Origin: Aliivibrio fischeri ES114
GTDB lineage: Bacteria; Pseudomonadota; Gammaproteobacteria; Enterobacterales; Vibrionaceae
Assembly: GCF_000011805.1 (NCBI RefSeq)
Contig: NC_006840.2
Direction: 5' to 3' (one strand)
Length of the DNA stretch: 32,000 bases
The notes under the pieces are model-generated. The model searched no databases. It was not told the origin of the DNA and was given only the letters and a program-made list of their open reading frames with translations. Shown one piece after another: positions 30,669 through 32,000 of the stretch. The stretch's first letter is position 1; the number at the start of each line of letters is the position of its first letter. Both the position numbers and the translations under genes were made by a program.

Positions 30669-30881
30669 TTATTGCTTCCCTGCGTCCATATAAAATTTAC
30701 AGAAACCCACAAATACACCCGTTATTGCTGCGTATTGTACCAATGCAAATTCACTGTGCTTATCAATGGGTACTGCAAAAAAATAATCGTTAAACTCAAG
30801 CCACATGTAACCGACAAATAAGCTCATTAGCTTTGGCCATAACCGCCATTTTTCAATGCGCTGGTGCATGTCATTTAACAC
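30669..30881 (-). CDS. Putative phage holin
   Basis: 70 aa small hydrophobic protein between endolysin and spanin genes. Confidence 0.55.
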   Translation of the reverse strand: MLNDMHQRIEKWRLWPKLMSLFVGYMWLEFNDYFFAVPIDKHSEFALVQYAAITGVFVGFCKFYMDAGKQ

Positions 30882-31264
30882 AATTCAAAATGCACTAAGT
30901 CATCAAAGTTATTGTCTTTAAGTTCATTATCTTTATCCCAGTCACCGCCCCAACGGATCGCAACCCCCATTGATACACCAACACCAACAACTAAACCAGC
31001 AAAGTAACTGAATCGCTCTCGGTCATTCCAGTCGATAGGATAAGGGGCAACATCAACAGCGCGACTTGGTAATGTGTTGTGTTTGCCATTTGGATATTTC
31101 ACCTGGCTTTTACCTTCCGCAAATGCAGTATTTTGCTCTTCTTCTGTTCGATGGCCACAAAGAATGGAGCAGTCGCAAAGCTCAAGAACGCGAGTGAATA
31201 CTTTTATTAAATCAGGGTGGCAAGTAGCTAAACGTGCCGCGCTTGTTTTACTGAATTTATTCAT
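30875..31264 (-). CDS. M15-family peptidase endolysin; track ORF extends to 31288
   Basis: SILCGHRTEEEQNTAFAEGKSQVKYPNGKHNTLPSRAVDVAPYP...DLVHFEL (SxHxxGxAxD-like zinc motifs). Confidence 0.85.
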   Translation of the reverse strand: MNKFSKTSAARLATCHPDLIKVFTRVLELCDCSILCGHRTEEEQNTAFAEGKSQVKYPNGKHNTLPSRAVDVAPYPIDWNDRERFSYFAGLVVGVGVSMGVAIRWGGDWDKDNELKDNNFDDLVHFELC

Positions 31265-31265
31265 T

Positions 31266-31499
31266 TTATAACGCCTTAACTGCAGCAACGATTGCTGTGA
31301 TGAGTGCGGCCAGTATTAATCTTACTAACCATGTTTTATCTGATTCTAATTTACCTATGCGCTCAGAATGTGACTCTTGCTTTGTACGAGTCTCTGTTAG
31401 CATTTCAAGAACCTTTTTTAATGTTGTATTTTGCTCACGCGTTAATTCGACAAGATGACTCATCGTTACATCAATACGTGCAATATCTTTCTCCGGCAT
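31266..31499 (-). CDS. Coiled-coil plus C-terminal TM protein, XhlA-like holin accessory candidate
   Basis: LESDKTWLVRLILAALITAIVAAVKAL at C-terminus; in lysis cassette. Confidence 0.5.
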   Translation of the reverse strand: MPEKDIARIDVTMSHLVELTREQNTTLKKVLEMLTETRTKQESHSERIGKLESDKTWLVRLILAALITAIVAAVKAL

Positions 31500-31634
31500 A
31501 ATTGACTCAATGTGATAACGTTAGTGCTCAGTGTATCGCGCGCGTAAAGTAGTTAATATTGATGAAAATCCTATATTCCAAATGTAGAAAACCCCGCACA
31601 ATGGCAGGGCTTGGTGGGAGAGATAAATATAGTT

Positions 31635-32000
31635 TTACTCTTCTAAGGTTGCATTTTGCGGAGCGTATCGATTCATAATATCTGGTCGAATTGGTATACT
31701 TCTAGTCGCCGCTGTTGGATTTATCGCTCTTATGTATTCTTTTACTTCTCGCATTTGTTCATCTGAAATATCAGCGAGCTCTAAGCGATAATCCTCTTCA
31801 ACACGTATAGCGACTGCTTTCTCTGAACCAAATAATGTTATTGCTTCATTAAGTAAATCTTCTTCTGTTGGAATGTACGGTTCGTACTGCTTAATTATTC
31901 CGAACTCGCCAAGTCTTGCTCGCTTATACCACTCAACGCCGTGAGACATAACATCAAAAGCCGAAGCAACAAACTCAACTGGCTCTGTGATTTCAGTAAC
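31635..32000 (-). CDS. C-terminal part of probable phage tail/fibre-associated protein, running off right edge
   Basis: Frame stays open from 31949 to the window end (...VTEITEPVEFVASAFDVMSHGVEWYKRARLGEFG...), so the track's internal M is probably not the true start. Confidence 0.45.
   Translation of the reverse strand, partial: VTEITEPVEFVASAFDVMSHGVEWYKRARLGEFGIIKQYEPYIPTEEDLLNEAITLFGSEKAVAIRVEEDYRLELADISDEQMREVKEYIRAINPTAATRSIPIRPDIMNRYAPQNATLEE

Larger units (their letters stand above)
17800..32000. mobile_element. Prophage (P2-like head, Mu-like tail), apparently integrated at the 3' end of ssrA; right end lies outside the window
   Basis: Phage structural, packaging and lysis genes begin just after ssrA, a classic integration target; integrase not seen in window; exact att core cannot be set without the other junction. 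Confidence 0.88.

Noticed and set aside
1-32000. CRISPR arrays, known anti-phage defence operons or retrons
   Set aside because: No regularly spaced repeats, cas genes, reverse transcriptase or recognisable defence effectors seen in the window.

Overview
The left ~17.8 kb is ordinary Vibrionaceae (Aliivibrio-like) chromosome: partial pstS-like gene, phoR, phoB, rdgC, yegQ/trhP, yfhL, an exported hypothetical, dnaJ, dnaK, another exported hypothetical, grpE, nadK, recN (two SOS boxes), bamE, rnfH/ratB, ratA, smpB and ssrA (tmRNA, tag ANDENYALAA). From immediately downstream of ssrA to the right edge the window holds part of a tailed-phage prophage. It has a P2-like head/packaging module (portal, terminase ATPase, scaffold, capsid, head completion) and a Mu-like contractile-tail module (gpS/gpG-like, gp38/DUF2635-like, sheath, tube, chaperone, tape measure). 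A lysis cassette and the end of a probable tail gene lie at the right. Points that stand out: (1) two ~75-78 nt direct copies of a strongly structured element, with compensatory base changes, flank a BRO-N-type gene at the ssrA-proximal prophage end; (2) a P2 gpM-like small terminase gene appears to sit inside the tail operon between tube and tail-chaperone genes; (3) a 21-codon hydrophobic peptide ORF sits among hairpins in a ~400 bp noncoding region; (4) the portal-operon terminator is embedded in the opposing Rz1-like spanin gene; (5) a ~197 bp element bounded by 17-bp perfect inverted repeats lies between ratA and smpB. All homology calls come from recalled family patterns, not database searches.
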